In this document: in pieces, positions 51,626 through 52,684 of the stretch | How positions within the stretch are numbered: position 1 is the stretch's first letter | How the letters are laid out: each line of letters opens with the position of its first letter | Assembly: GCA_046725875.1 (NCBI GenBank) | Contig: JBKOZJ010000046.1 | Coordinates: 1-52,684 of the forward strand | Source: Actinomycetota bacterium | GTDB lineage: Bacteria > Actinomycetota > Actinomycetes > JAKEEW01 | Direction: 5' to 3' | DNA: 52,684 bases | The notes under the pieces: generated by a model | What the model saw: the letters and a program-made list of their open reading frames with translations, nothing else | The model's database searches: none | Told to the model about the DNA's origin: nothing | Made by a program: the position numbers and the translations under genes

Positions 51626-52684
51626 CTACTGCCCAGCGCGCTCGACCACCGCGGTCCACTCGTCGAGCAGGTCGATCGACTCAGCCTGGGTTGGCGCCTC
51701 GGCCCACAGGTGGGTGACGGCTTCGGCGGGGTCGGGCAGTACGAGAACCCAGCGACCGTCGGGCTCCACCACGCGTACCCCGTCGGTGGTGTCGAGCTCT
51801 CGAGGGCCGGCCGCCTCGACCACCGACCTCATCACCATGCCTTTGGCTGCCCAAGGGGTCGGTACGTCCCGGCGGGCGACGTTGGAGTCCGGGATCCGGG
51901 CGTCGATCTGGCTGAGCGAGAGGTTGGTACGGGCAACCAGCCCAACCAAGCGTACGAACGCGGCGATGGCGTCCAAGGCGATGCCGAACTCGGGCACCAC
52001 GTACCCACCTCGGCCGTCACCGGCCAGGATCAGGCCGGGGTGCTCCGCGGCGGCTGACAGGTCGCCCGGCGAACTGGTCGTCCATTCGACCTCGACCCCG
52101 TGGAAGCTGGCCACCTGCTCGGCCACTCGCGTCGTGGTCACCGGCATCGCAACCCGGCCGCTCTTCCGCTCAGCGGCGACGAGGTCCATGAGCACCAACA
52201 ACGCGCGGCTGCCGTCGATGACTCTCCCCCGCTCGTCGAGGATGGACAGCCGCTCACCAACCGGCCCGAAGTGAACACCCACCGCGGCCTGCGACGATGA
52301 CACCAGACTGGACAGACGGTCGAGCGATGCGGCGAGCTCCTCCGGCGTCTCGGTCGGCCGCGCCTCATCCATTCCGAGTCCAACTACGTGAGCATCCACG
52401 CCAAGCCGGCCGAGCAGCGTGGGCAGGACGAGAGCGGCGGCGCCACCGCCGGCATCCACCACGAGCTTCAGTCCGGACTCGGCGATGCCTCCCGTGTCGA
52501 TGGACTGCAAGACCAGCTGGACGTAGTTCTCCATGGAGCGCGGCGGGAAGGTCAGGTCACCGATCTCGCCGGGGAAGGCACGGCGATACTCCTGCCGGGT
52601 GAACACGCGCTCGAGCTTGCGCTGTGCCCCAGGCGACAGGTCGGTGCCCCGCTCGTCGAGGAACAGAATGTCCACGCTGTCCGG
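51626..52684 (-). CDS. C-terminal phosphomannomutase-like part of mannose-1-phosphate guanylyltransferase (5' end outside window)
   Basis: RRAFPGEIG, PWAAKGMVMR, DTTDGV, LVLPDP; expected synteny upstream of DUF881-sbp. Confidence 0.8.
   Translation of the reverse strand, partial: PDSVDILFLDERGTDLSPGAQRKLERVFTRQEYRRAFPGEIGDLTFPPRSMENYVQLVLQSIDTGGIAESGLKLVVDAGGGAAALVLPTLLGRLGVDAHVVGLGMDEARPTETPEELAASLDRLSSLVSSSQAAVGVHFGPVGERLSILDERGRVIDGSRALLVLMDLVAAERKSGRVAMPVTTTRVAEQVASFHGVEVEWTTSSPGDLSAAAEHPGLILAGDGRGGYVVPEFGIALDAIAAFVRLVGLVARTNLSLSQIDARIPDSNVARRDVPTPWAAKGMVMRSVVEAAGPRELDTTDGVRVVEPDGRWVLVLPDPAEAVTHLWAEAPTQAESIDLLDEWTAVVERAGQ

Overview
High-GC actinomycete chromosomal DNA, about 55 genes, apparently spanning the replication terminus. 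A 28-bp XerC/XerD dif-like site lies at 23133-23160 and the dominant gene orientation flips there. The right end (about 37-52.7 kb) is a conserved actinobacterial block: vWA substrate-binding protein, GCS2 ligase, DUF5999, gcvP, MerR/nuclease/MerR/FHA, gcvH, DUF881-sbp-DUF881 and a Man-1-P guanylyltransferase/PMM. The rest is accessory: regulators, methyltransferases, MFS transporters, an orphan vanY-vanRS unit and gene debris. The most interesting locus (about 4.4-9.9 kb) is a compact operon bracketed by two SARP-type regulators. It holds two small paralogous peptides with an acidic leader ending in LPAREAL and an Asn/Ala/Gln-patterned core, each followed by a strong hairpin. Next come a PqqD/RRE-like + M50 peptidase + MinD/ParA ATPase fusion and a secreted protein that repeats the same core motif closed by CxxC pairs. 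No tailoring enzyme or ABC exporter is present. I infer a leader-processed peptide fibre or surface-polymer system, or a minimal RiPP, that I cannot match to a named pathway. All family calls come from motif recognition by eye, not from database searches.
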